Both the position numbers and the translations under genes were made by a program. The notes beneath the pieces are model-generated. The model searched no databases and was not told the origin of the DNA. It was given only the letters and a program-made list of their open reading frames with translations. Below are positions 41,975 through 50,823 of a DNA stretch of 64,000 nt, one piece after another. Every line of letters begins with the position of its first letter. The stretch's first letter is position 1. This stretch comes from an uncultured Verrucomicrobiae bacterium (GTDB lineage Bacteria; Verrucomicrobiota; Verrucomicrobiia; Chthoniobacterales; Chthoniobacteraceae), in assembly GCA_963828525.1 (NCBI GenBank), contig CAWHEP010000001.1, positions 32,001 to 96,000 of the forward strand, read 5' to 3'.

Positions 41975-42587
41975 TCAGGGTGTGACTGGTGGGCTGGCGT
42001 CAAATCTCGGTGCGTTGCGCGGCGGATTGCCGGCGAGCGCGTGAAAGGTGCTGGTGAAACGAGCGCGATAGAAGCGATGTGCGTAAGCAGAGCGCGGACG
42101 AGAGGCGTGGCCATAGCGCAGCCGGCGCAGTGGACGAAGCGGGCGGGAAGCGTGGAAAATGCCCGTCGCGTTCGGTGAAACTTCTCTTTTAGCTGCCGGT
42201 TGTTTAGACGCTGTCCGGACGTTGAATCCCTCCCGTCTCAGCGCGTCGGCCAGCGCAGAAAGTTCGCGTGCGGCGGTGCGTTCGGCGGACTTCCTGAGAC
42301 GGTCGCGGAGCAACTCCCGGTCGTCGGTGAAAATGCGGCAGCGTTGGCGGCCGCGGGAAATGGAGACGTAGAACTGCTGGCGGTTGATGGCGGCGAGCGA
42401 GCGGAGGAGGCGACCAGAAAAACGTCATCGACGGTCTTGCCTTGGGCGGCGTGGGAAGTGACGGCGTAGCCGTGGGTGAACTGCCGGTAATCGGCGGGCA
42501 GAATCCTCCCGTCGGCGAGCGTGATCCCATCGCCAGTGACCGAGCGGACTTCGACGAGTTGCCCGTTGATGAGACCGTGGCGCTGGA
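41975..42587 (-). pseudogene. C-terminal helicase fragment of a MobF (TrwC/TraI-like) relaxase
   Basis: Hand translation: YRQFTHGYAVTSHAAQGKTVDDVF, then (frameshift) NRQQFYVSISRGRQRCRIFTDD; 5' part missing. Confidence 0.8.
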
Positions 42588-42617
42588 ACTTCTAGAGGAC
42601 GCAAAGGCCGCCTTCTA

Positions 42618-42732
42618 GGGGTCAGGCTGCATCTATTGACAGGCTCTGAAGAATCTGTCACCTTGGACGGGTATGGCGAGGAGCATCCGAATCGAGTATC
42701 CAGGAGCGTTTTATCATGTGATGGCGCGCGGC
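42618..42732 (+). mobile_element. 5' end and truncated N-terminus of a REP-associated tyrosine transposase (RAYT)
   Basis: GGGGTCAGGCTGCATCTATTGACAG end motif; ATG 42673 gives MARSIRIEYPGAFYHVMARG, after which similarity stops. Confidence 0.8.
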
Positions 42733-42835
42733 TGGAGGACGGACTGCGACGCGTGCTTCATCGGGCGCTCCACTCCAGTCGCCCTACGGGCTCCTTGCGT
42801 TCCGCACCCAATGAAGCAAATTTGCAACCCACAAC

Positions 42836-42908
42836 GGTGTCATGACTTTTGAGGCAACGCCCCTCATCTCCACCGCTCTTCTGGGTGTCATTTACTTTTG
42901 AGGCAACA
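42836..42908. mobile_element. Orphan IS terminus (5'-TGT end with repeated subterminal motif; family uncertain)
   Basis: GGTGTCAT(G/TT)ACTTTTGAGGCAAC occurs twice; the second ends ..ACA exactly where the right direct repeat starts. Confidence 0.5.
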
Positions 42909-43027
42909 AGGGTAGACGAAGTTCAGAAGCGGCGGCCACGTATGCCGGCACTTCTCACCGGGTAAAAACAATCGAAACAACCGGATTATTCGCGAACCTA
43001 CTATTCGGCTGCATTGGCAGCGCGGGA
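42909..43027 (+). repeat. Right copy of diverged direct repeat bounding the island
   Basis: Matches 38034-38126. Confidence 0.75.
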
Positions 43028-43177
43028 CTGCTATTCGGAAAAAAGAGGGGCAGCCCGGCGCACATGGTGCTAGGGGCGATACTGATCGCCTATCCTTACA
43101 TGGTTTCGGATACGATCGCCCTGTTTGTGATTGGCGCGTTGTTAACGGCAGGGCTGTTCATTTTTAGAGCGGATTGA
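42971..43177 (+). CDS. Small membrane protein (68 aa) with no canonical start codon (ATC at expected position); absent from ORF track
   Basis: IETTGLFANLLFGCIGSAGLLFGKKRGSPAHMVLGAILIAYPYMVSDTIALFVIGALLTAGLFIFRAD*. Confidence 0.6.
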   Translation: METTGLFANLLFGCIGSAGLLFGKKRGSPAHMVLGAILIAYPYMVSDTIALFVIGALLTAGLFIFRAD

Positions 43178-43228
43178 TCAGCAGGAAAGGCGCTCGTCAA
43201 CAGCGCCCCGCGCGGTGGATGCGAAAGG

Positions 43229-44434
43229 CTAACGGGCGAGAAGGGCGATCTTATCAACGATATAATCCGCAAAAGGAAAGGCGCAGGTCCAGCCGGGCGA
43301 CACAGCGTTTAGCACGTGCATCGAGCGCTCGTCGCCCTCGACGACAAAGTCCATCTCGAGCTTGCGATTCCGGATATCGAGCAACTGAGCGCGGATGCCC
43401 GGTTTGCCCCAGTGCTTGTAGTTTTCCACGCGCACTCCTCCGGCGATGCGAGAGGCGAGTTTCACTAACCGGGGCCTGGAGTATTTCCTGAGTTCCTCCA
43501 TGGCAAGTTGCTTGAAGTCGAAGCTCGAGGAAAGCATCAAGCCTGCTTCGCGGAAGAGGACTTCGACGAACTCGCCAAACCTGAAATTATCAAAGCCGGC
43601 ATATTGCTCGCGCCAGAAACGCGGGAATGGCGGTCGGGCCGATTTTTGCCCGTCCATCTACGGTGACGGTGAAATGGACGCCCAGGAAGGGGTTTCTCAG
43701 GTCCGGAACGGGGTAGATGTTTGTGCGAAAGGAACCAGCGGGTTCATCCGAGTAAAGGTAGAGGCCTTTGAATGGAAGGATCCGGTAGTGCTCAGAAAAT
43801 CCGAAATCGCGAGCGACCTTGTCGGCATGCAAGTCCAGCGGCGTTTACGATGTAACCGGCTTCGAAGTTACCTGCTGCGGTTTGCGCCTGATTCCCTTTG
43901 CGCCTCATGTATCCCGCGTCTGGTGCAGAACAATGACTCCTTCCTTCGTGGCATCCGAGTTGAAGCGCGTTGATCACCAAACCGGGATCAGTCGTAGAGG
44001 TCTTGGGAGAGAAAAGCGCTCGTTCAAATGTTTTTACGCGAGGCTCTATCTTCCGGGCATCCGCAGTCGGAGAGGTTGTGCAGTTCGACGCCGTTTGCAG
44101 CGGCTCGGGTCAGCAGTTCGTCGAGCATCGGTAGTTCCTCCGCGGACTGGGCGACGACAAGCTTCCCGCACCGGTTGAGAGGGATGCTTTTGGTCGTGCA
44201 GAATTCGGTCAGGCGCTTGTTGCCATCCCGGGCGAATCTGGCTTTCAGCGAATCCGCCGTGTAGTAGAAGCCCGCGTGAATGACACCGCTGTTGCGCCCG
44301 CTGGCATGCTCGCCGCAACGGGGTTCCTTTTCGAGGAGAATGACGCTGGCGTCTGGAAAACGGCACTTGAGAGCGCGCGCGATACTGACACCAATGATGC
44401 CGCCCCCTATGACAAGAAAATCAGAGGATTTCAC
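43229..44434 (-). CDS. lhgO: L-2-hydroxyglutarate oxidase family FAD oxidoreductase, broken by several frameshifts
   Basis: IGGGIIG, HASGRNSGVIHAGFYY, NAAGL, YPVPDLRNPFLGVHFT, GIRAQ, HVLNAVSPGWT spread across frames. Confidence 0.85.
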
Positions 44435-44486
44435 TCCAGGGGCGCGGGGATGCCGAGATGCCGCGAGGGGTTTGGCGCTCGGGATT

Positions 44487-46178
44487 TCAGGTGTATGTCC
44501 CAAGGGCTTCATGAACACCTTCTATCGCCATCCCGCCTTCGCCAACAGCAGCGGCGCACCGTTTCACGGAACCACGGCGAACGTCGCCAGCAGCGAAGAT
44601 TCCGGGGCAGCTTGTCTCAAGGTTGCCGGGGTCGCGTCCCGCAGCCTGCCACGCCGGGGCGCTGGCAACCAAAGCGCCAGTTTTGATGAAGCCTTTTTCA
44701 TCGCGCCAAATCTCAGGGGGCAGCCACTCTGCGCATGGCTTGGCGCCGATCATTGAGAAGACTGCGGGAGTTTGGACGGCTCGGCGTTCTTTCGTCCGCG
44801 TATTCTCCAAAACAACGGTCTCCAGGTGGTCTGTGCCGGTCATTTCGCGGATTTCCGTGTTGCAAAGGATCTCGATGTTGGACTTTGTCTCAACGCGACG
44901 GGAGAGATAGCTGGACATGCTTTTGGAGAGATCGTCGCCACGTATCACGAGGAGAACTCTGTCGGCGGATTCGGACAGGAACATGGCAGCCTGCCCGGCG
45001 GAATTGCCGCCGCCTGCCACGATAATGACGGCCCTGCGGCAGAGAGGACTCTCGAGGGCGGTCGCGGCGTAATAGACACCGATGCCTTCGAAGCGTTGGC
45101 GGCCCTCGGCTTCGATGCGGTTGTAGGCGGCCCCCGTCGCGATGATGACGCACTTGGCGCGCAAGGTCGCGGAGCAGCCATCCACTCGGATCGCGGGATG
45201 GTCTCCGTCAACTGTCAACGAGATGGCCCGAGCAGGAGTGGAGATTCGGGCTCCGAAGCGAAATGCCTGGAGCTGCGCGCGATTGGTTAAGTCACCTCCG
45301 CTGATGCCAGTGGGAAAACCAAAGAAGTTTTCAATGAGGGAAGATGAGCCGGCCTGCCCTCCGGGGGCGAAGCTTTCCAGGACAATGGTCTCCAGACCTT
45401 CGGAAGCGCCGTTAAGAGCGGCGGAGAGGCCCGCCGGTCCGGCGCCGACAATGGCAAGATCGCAATGAATCTCCGTGGCGCCGTCCTTGGCAAGGGGCCG
45501 CATTAGGCCCGCGACCTCCGCGACCTGGCGAAGGGAGGGGCGGCGCAGGGCAGACCCGGTGGCTGTGATGAGAGCGGGTAGATCGTGACTCGCGAGCGCG
45601 AACTGTGAGCAGAGGCTGCGGCCGTGCTCGCTTTCGCTCTCAACGAGACGGTGGGGAATGTGATTTTTGTCGAGGAAGTCGTCAAGATGGTGGCCTTCCC
45701 GAGAGCCCGCTGTGGCGACGAGTCGAAGGCCGGCAAAGTCCGGATCGCGTCGCAAGCGCTCCCTGCGCATGATGAAGGCGTTGACGATGGGTTCACCGAC
45801 CCCGGGAAGCTCGGCGAGGGCGTGTCTCAGCGCGACGGCCGGGATCTCCAGAACCTCTGATTGCTCTGCGCTCCCTCGCGCGCTTGCAAGGACCGAGGTG
45901 CCGTTGAGCATCGCCACATCGCCTACGAAATCGCGAGGGCCAGGTGTGGCCAGGATTTGTATGTGGCCGTCGCGGGCCTCGAATACTTCCAACTCGCCTG
46001 TCAGGACGACGGTAAAGGCGACATCCCTCTGACCCGCGCTGAAAACAATCTCGCCTCGCCGCACGATCCGCCGCTTGCCCAGGGGCTCGAGCAGGGCGAG
46101 TTGTTGGTCGTCCAGTTTTGCGAACGCGACCGCCTCGGTGTCCTGATAGAACTGCTCATCCTTGTCGTGCTGATTCAT
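44487..46178 (-). CDS. Cyclic-nucleotide-binding domain + thioredoxin-reductase-like FAD oxidoreductase
   Basis: N-terminal cNMP-like region; GAGPAG, SSLIENFFGFP, GGGNSAGQAA, FAAGDVR, AAVGEG. Confidence 0.88.
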   Translation of the reverse strand: MNQHDKDEQFYQDTEAVAFAKLDDQQLALLEPLGKRRIVRRGEIVFSAGQRDVAFTVVLTGELEVFEARDGHIQILATPGPRDFVGDVAMLNGTSVLASARGSAEQSEVLEIPAVALRHALAELPGVGEPIVNAFIMRRERLRRDPDFAGLRLVATAGSREGHHLDDFLDKNHIPHRLVESESEHGRSLCSQFALASHDLPALITATGSALRRPSLRQVAEVAGLMRPLAKDGATEIHCDLAIVGAGPAGLSAALNGASEGLETIVLESFAPGGQAGSSSLIENFFGFPTGISGGDLTNRAQLQAFRFGARISTPARAISLTVDGDHPAIRVDGCSATLRAKCVIIATGAAYNRIEAEGRQRFEGIGVYYAATALESPLCRRAVIIVAGGGNSAGQAAMFLSESADRVLLVIRGDDLSKSMSSYLSRRVETKSNIEILCNTEIREMTGTDHLETVVLENTRTKERRAVQTPAVFSMIGAKPCAEWLPPEIWRDEKGFIKTGALVASAPAWQAAGRDPGNLETSCPGIFAAGDVRRGSVKRCAAAVGEGGMAIEGVHEALGTYT

Positions 46179-46264
46179 ACCTGACTGTATGGATGAACGA
46201 GCTTGCCAAAAGGAGAACTTTGATCGGTTTCCTTTCGGGCGGCGTGGCAGAAAGCCAGCTTCGC

Positions 46265-46291
46265 CGCGAAGGGAGGGCGGCTCCCTTCGCG
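46265..46291 (-). terminator. Strong hairpin just downstream of rplQ (possible terminator; no clear U tract)
   Basis: CGCGAAGGGAG-N5-CTCCCTTCGCG, perfect 11-bp stem. Confidence 0.45.
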
Positions 46292-46310
46292 ACGCTGAGA
46301 TTGATCAAAC

Positions 46311-46770
46311 CTATTCGCCGGATGGCTCTTCCGCGGGCTTTGAGGCGGCTTTTGGCGCCTTCTTTGCCTTTGCCGGCTTTGCCTCTACGACCGGGACAGT
46401 TTCCTCGACGACTGGAGCATCGACAAATTCAAGGAAGGCAAGCGGAGCGGAATCGCTCTTCCTTGCGCCCAGCTTGATGATGCGCGTGTAACCGCCCTTG
46501 CGCGCAGCGGCTCGGGGAGCGATTTCGTCAAAAAGTTTTTTGACGGCATCCTTATGCCGGAGGACGGACAGCGCTGTCCTTCGGGAATGCAGCGTGGCTG
46601 CCTTGCCAAGAGTCACCATCTTCTCGGCGACTGGCCGGACTGCCTTCGCCTTGGCTAGTGTGGTCTTGATGCGGTTATGCTCGATGAGGCTGCAAATCTG
46701 GTTCGCGATCAAGGCATCACGATGAGAACGCAGTACGGCCGAGCTTTACGGTTTTCTTTTGGTGGCGCAT
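46311..46770 (-). CDS. rplQ: 50S ribosomal protein L17; one-base frameshift near 46727
   Basis: MRHQKKTVKLGRTA joins HRDALIANQ..IKTTLAKAK..RKGGYTRIIK; follows rpoA. Confidence 0.95.
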
Positions 46771-46781
46771 GAAGGAAAAAC

Positions 46782-47819
46782 CTAGTTGGAATCGCCGTTA
46801 TTGCCGGAGTCGAGGGAAACCAGCGAGGAAGCGGATGGCTCTACAAGGCCAGCTTCAAACTTCTGCCCCAAACCGAGACCCAGTTGCTGCAGTTTGTCCT
46901 TGATCTCATTCAGGGATTTCTTCCCGAAGTTTCTATATTTTAGCATCTCCGCCTCCGTCTTCTGGGCTAGCTGGCCAACAGTGGTGATGTTTGCGTTGTT
47001 CAGGCAGTTCGCGGCGCGCACGGAAAGTTCGATCTCGTTCACGCTCATATTCAGAAGCTTCTTCAGACGGGTGTTCTCCTGGCTGACGGCCTCTGGGGTT
47101 TCATCAAACTCCACAGCGTTCTCGTCGTAATCAACGAAGACATCGAGGTGATGACGCAAAATGGCAGATGCCTGCAAGAGAGCGTCGTCGGGAGTGAGAC
47201 GTCCATCCGTCCACACTTCGAGGATGAGCTTGTCGTAGTCTGTGCGCTGACCGACGCGGGTGTTTTCCACGGCGTATTTCACGCGGGTGACGGGTGAAAA
47301 AATGGAATCGATGGGGATGACGCCAATCGCCTGATCGGGACGCTTGTTTTCTTCGCCGGTGGCAAAGCCGCGTCCAACGCGGACTTCAAGTTCAGCGTCG
47401 AACTTCTGCTTCTTATCAAGTGTGCAAATGATCTGATCCTTGTTGAGCACCTCGCATTGGGCGGAAGACTCGATGTCGCCAGCGGTGATGGGGCCTTCCC
47501 TGTTGACGGAGAGGTTCAGGTTACGGATCTCGTGGTCGTTGGCTTTGAATTTAACCTTCTTCAAGTTGAGAACGATGTCTGTGACGTCCTCCACCATGTT
47601 TGGCAGGGTTGCGAACTCGTGTTGCGCGCCGGAGATTCGAACCGATGTGATTGCGGCGCCTTCGAGCGAAGATAAAAGAACTCGACGGAGGGAGTTGCCT
47701 ACAGTGTGGCCATACCCTGCTTCGAACGGTTCAGCGATGAACTTCGCGTAAGTATCTGAGGATTCGTCCTCTTTCGCGAGGGACTTGGGCATTTCAAAAC
47801 GACCTAAACGGACAGCCAT
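46782..47819 (-). CDS. rpoA: RNA polymerase alpha subunit
   Basis: EPFEAGYGHTVGNSLRRVLLSS, RVGQRTDYDKL, LSVRAANCL, NFGKKSL. Confidence 0.98.
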   Translation of the reverse strand: MAVRLGRFEMPKSLAKEDESSDTYAKFIAEPFEAGYGHTVGNSLRRVLLSSLEGAAITSVRISGAQHEFATLPNMVEDVTDIVLNLKKVKFKANDHEIRNLNLSVNREGPITAGDIESSAQCEVLNKDQIICTLDKKQKFDAELEVRVGRGFATGEENKRPDQAIGVIPIDSIFSPVTRVKYAVENTRVGQRTDYDKLILEVWTDGRLTPDDALLQASAILRHHLDVFVDYDENAVEFDETPEAVSQENTRLKKLLNMSVNEIELSVRAANCLNNANITTVGQLAQKTEAEMLKYRNFGKKSLNEIKDKLQQLGLGLGQKFEAGLVEPSASSLVSLDSGNNGDSN

Positions 47820-48064
47820 GGGATATATAAGAGCAGGGAAGGAAACGGCGTGTGAATGACGCGGCAGCTTTCTCTGTTTCTTCCTTTCAAATGCCGGGTT
47901 TCCCTCGACGCGGTGGCGGACGTTCAGCGAACGCCTGCCCGAGGACCAACGGCAACGTGTTTTTTAACGCGCTTGGGGTTAGGAATAAATCACAAGGTGC
48001 TCAGTAGCGCAAGGGAAAGAAGCGAGGATTCAGAATGCGCGGGACGCGGACAGCAAGGGTTCGG

Positions 48065-48391
48065 CTATTTTGCGAATTGCAGAAGCACCATTCCCGAGCC
48101 GATCAGGCAAATGGCGAACCACTGCCACAGGGTGAGAGTGGATTTGAAAAGCACTACGGAAGAAATTTGCAGCAAGAAGAAGCCTCCCCCGAAGCAGAGT
48201 GCGTAGATGATATTCGGATTGCGATCACGCAGGGCGAGTGTGAGGAAGACGGTGCAGAAGAAGCCGATGACATTGCCGGCAACGAACCAAGCAAGGGCCG
48301 TCGCGGGGGTACGCTCATCTACGACCTTGAAACAGAGATTTGCGCCCGCTTGCGCGAGTACGAACCCAAGAACGAGAATCCACGTCCTCAG
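48065..48391 (-). CDS. Small 4-TM SMR/EamA-like transporter (start uncertain)
   Basis: About 108-aa hydrophobic region with four TM helices, immediately after hpnJ. Confidence 0.55.
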   Translation of the reverse strand: MRTWILVLGFVLAQAGANLCFKVVDERTPATALAWFVAGNVIGFFCTVFLTLALRDRNPNIIYALCFGGGFFLLQISSVVLFKSTLTLWQWFAICLIGSGMVLLQFAK

Positions 48392-48405
48392 ATTCTTCGC
48401 TCCGA

Positions 48406-49881
48406 CTATCTTGCGACGAGAGGCTGCTGCTCGGGGATCGACTCCTCTTTCCTGGAGCGCATAAACTGGAAAAACTCCATGCCCTCTCGCAACCGGCGCT
48501 GCATGACATGAGAATCCTGGAACATGGTCCAAAGGATCCTGGCAATGGGTTTTGGACGAAAGTAGTACGACTTGTAGAATTTCTCCACGTACTTGAAGAT
48601 CTGCTCTTTGCTGAGGCCATCGTACTGAAGGACGGCGGTCTGCTGACCCCTGTCATCGGTCAGCTCAACCGGGCCGCTGAACCAGCCGTTCTCCTTCGCC
48701 TGCCGGTATAGCTCAGTGCCAGGGTAGGGCGCCGCGAGACTGACCTGCATCGAGAAGGGATCGATTTCTTTCGCATACTCGATCGTTTCCTTGATGGTCT
48801 GGTGCGTCTCACCCGGCAAACCAAGGATGAAGGTACCATGGATCATGATGCCGAGTTTCTTGCAATTCTTGGTAAATTCACGAGCCTGCTCGAGCCGCAC
48901 GCCCTTCTTGATGTTATCAAGTATCTGCTGGTTGCCGCTCTCGTAGCCGACGAGGAGAAGACGCGCGCCATTGTCTTTCATGACCTTCAGAGTGTCATAG
49001 CTGACATTCGCTCGGGCATTACAACTCCAGGTGATGCCGAGCTTGCCCAACTCCACCGCGATCTCCTTCGTGCGTGTAGGATAGGCGGTGAATGTGTCGT
49101 CGTCGAAGAAGAACTCCTGCACCTGGGGGAATAATTCCTTGGCGTGCGCCATTTCCCGATAGACAGCACCTGGCGATTTCGCGCGATACTTGTGACCGCC
49201 GACCGTCTGTGGCCAGAGGCAGAACGTGCATTGCGCCGGACATCCGCGTCCCGTGTAGTGAGAGACGTAGGGATACTTGAGGTAGCCGATGACGTAGTTC
49301 TCGATCGTCAGATCACGCTTGTAGACGTCCATGACGCTCGGGAGGTCGTCAAAGCTTTCGATCAGTCGGCGCTCAGGATTATGAACAATCTTCCCGTCTT
49401 TCCGGTAGCTAAGGCCGTCCACCGTCTCAACAGGTCTGCCTTCAGAGAGTTCCTTGCATGTGAAATCAAACTCCTTACGACACACGAAATCGATTGCGTC
49501 TGACGCGGAGATTGTCTCTTCTGGCAATACTGCGGCATGAGCGCCCACGAAGCCAACGGATGTGTCGGGATCCTGGGACTTCAGAGCTTCCGCGAGCAAC
49601 GCGTCCCCGCGCAGTGTCGGGCTGCTCGTGTGGATGATGACGAGTTCATAATCCTTGGCAATCTTCAGCACATCCTCCATTCCCAAGCCATCGGGAGGAG
49701 CGTCTACCACGCGGCTGCCTTCGATCAAGGCAGCAGGCTGAGCGAGCCATGTGGGATACCAGAACGACCGAATTTCCCGCTTTGCCTGGTAGCGCGAGCC
49801 TGCCCCGCCATCGAATCCCTGCCATGAGGGGGGGTTCAGGAATAGAGTCTTCTTATTATCCACGGCGTTCTTTTGCACCAC
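48406..49881 (-). CDS. hpnJ: Hopanoid biosynthesis-associated radical SAM protein HpnJ
   Basis: N-terminal FDGGAGSRYQAKREIRSFWYPTWLAQPAAL; CPAQCTFC; FFDDDTF. Confidence 0.88.
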   Translation of the reverse strand: MVQKNAVDNKKTLFLNPPSWQGFDGGAGSRYQAKREIRSFWYPTWLAQPAALIEGSRVVDAPPDGLGMEDVLKIAKDYELVIIHTSSPTLRGDALLAEALKSQDPDTSVGFVGAHAAVLPEETISASDAIDFVCRKEFDFTCKELSEGRPVETVDGLSYRKDGKIVHNPERRLIESFDDLPSVMDVYKRDLTIENYVIGYLKYPYVSHYTGRGCPAQCTFCLWPQTVGGHKYRAKSPGAVYREMAHAKELFPQVQEFFFDDDTFTAYPTRTKEIAVELGKLGITWSCNARANVSYDTLKVMKDNGARLLLVGYESGNQQILDNIKKGVRLEQAREFTKNCKKLGIMIHGTFILGLPGETHQTIKETIEYAKEIDPFSMQVSLAAPYPGTELYRQAKENGWFSGPVELTDDRGQQTAVLQYDGLSKEQIFKYVEKFYKSYYFRPKPIARILWTMFQDSHVMQRRLREGMEFFQFMRSRKEESIPEQQPLVAR

Positions 49882-50000
49882 CAGACACTACGCGTCAAGT
49901 AATTTGCGCCTCCGGTTAGAATCAAGCTTGAGGGGACGCTCCTTGTGCCGGAGGACCCGCAGAATTGAGGCTCGAAGGCGAGGACGAAGGACGCGCGCGG

Positions 50001-50729
50001 CTATTGGGAGCCGGGCAGGACTCGTATCTTGATATTGCGGAAGGAAATGGAACCATGGTCTCCCTGGAGAGCGATCCAGCCAGCGGGCGCTTTTGCGAAG
50101 CCCGGCATGTTTTTGAATTTGCTGGCGGCGACGCGGGCGTTGAAGTCGTCGCTGCCGAGAACATAGTCGAAATATTTTTGCCCGTTTATATCGTGTTCGC
50201 ACAGCGTCGGGCTCAGCAGGAGGCGAACGTGGTTCCACTGGCCAACGGGCTTGGTCGCGTCGAGGATTTTGCCTGTCGCGGGATCAATGGGTGGCTTGTA
50301 AAGCCCATACAGCCAGCCACATCGTATCGGATCAGCAGCCTTTTCGTTATCCTCCAACTGGAATTCCGGGCCCGTGGACCACACCTTGCCACCATCATCC
50401 GTGACCCGATAAATGATGCCGCTATTTCCTCCTTCGGAGATGCTGTAGTCCAAAGTCAGCTCGAACCACGCAAATTTTTCTGTAGTCACGATGTCTCCGG
50501 CATGATGCGGGTCGACACAGACAAGGCAGCCATCTTTCACCTGCCAGCCGGGAAGAACGCCTGGTTTTTTGAAGTTATGCCATCCGGTGAAGTCCACGCC
50601 GTTGAACAGTAGCTTCCACCCACCCGTCTTCTCGGCCGCGCTGAGGGTGTTGATCTGCTGCTCGGGATCCGCAAAGGCGGAGCTGAATCCCAGGAGGCAA
50701 ATAAGAAGGACTTTTTTGAAAGGGGGCAT
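50001..50729 (-). CDS. Exported DUF1080 (3-keto-disaccharide hydrolase-like) protein
   Basis: Signal peptide; GWKLLFNG, NSGI, EFQLED, GQWN, IALQGDHG..FRNIKIR. Confidence 0.9.
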   Translation of the reverse strand: MPPFKKVLLICLLGFSSAFADPEQQINTLSAAEKTGGWKLLFNGVDFTGWHNFKKPGVLPGWQVKDGCLVCVDPHHAGDIVTTEKFAWFELTLDYSISEGGNSGIIYRVTDDGGKVWSTGPEFQLEDNEKAADPIRCGWLYGLYKPPIDPATGKILDATKPVGQWNHVRLLLSPTLCEHDINGQKYFDYVLGSDDFNARVAASKFKNMPGFAKAPAGWIALQGDHGSISFRNIKIRVLPGSQ

Positions 50730-50823
50730 GCTCAGAAATTAAGGAGTACGGCGCGAAGCCACAATGTCAAAGTGTGCCGCGCCCACCCGGGCAACAGCAT
50801 ACGCATCGAATGGACGGACTATC

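Noticed and set aside
46700..46770. Programmed frameshift or pseudogene in rplQ
   Set aside because: No slippery sequence; same error pattern as unrelated genes in the window
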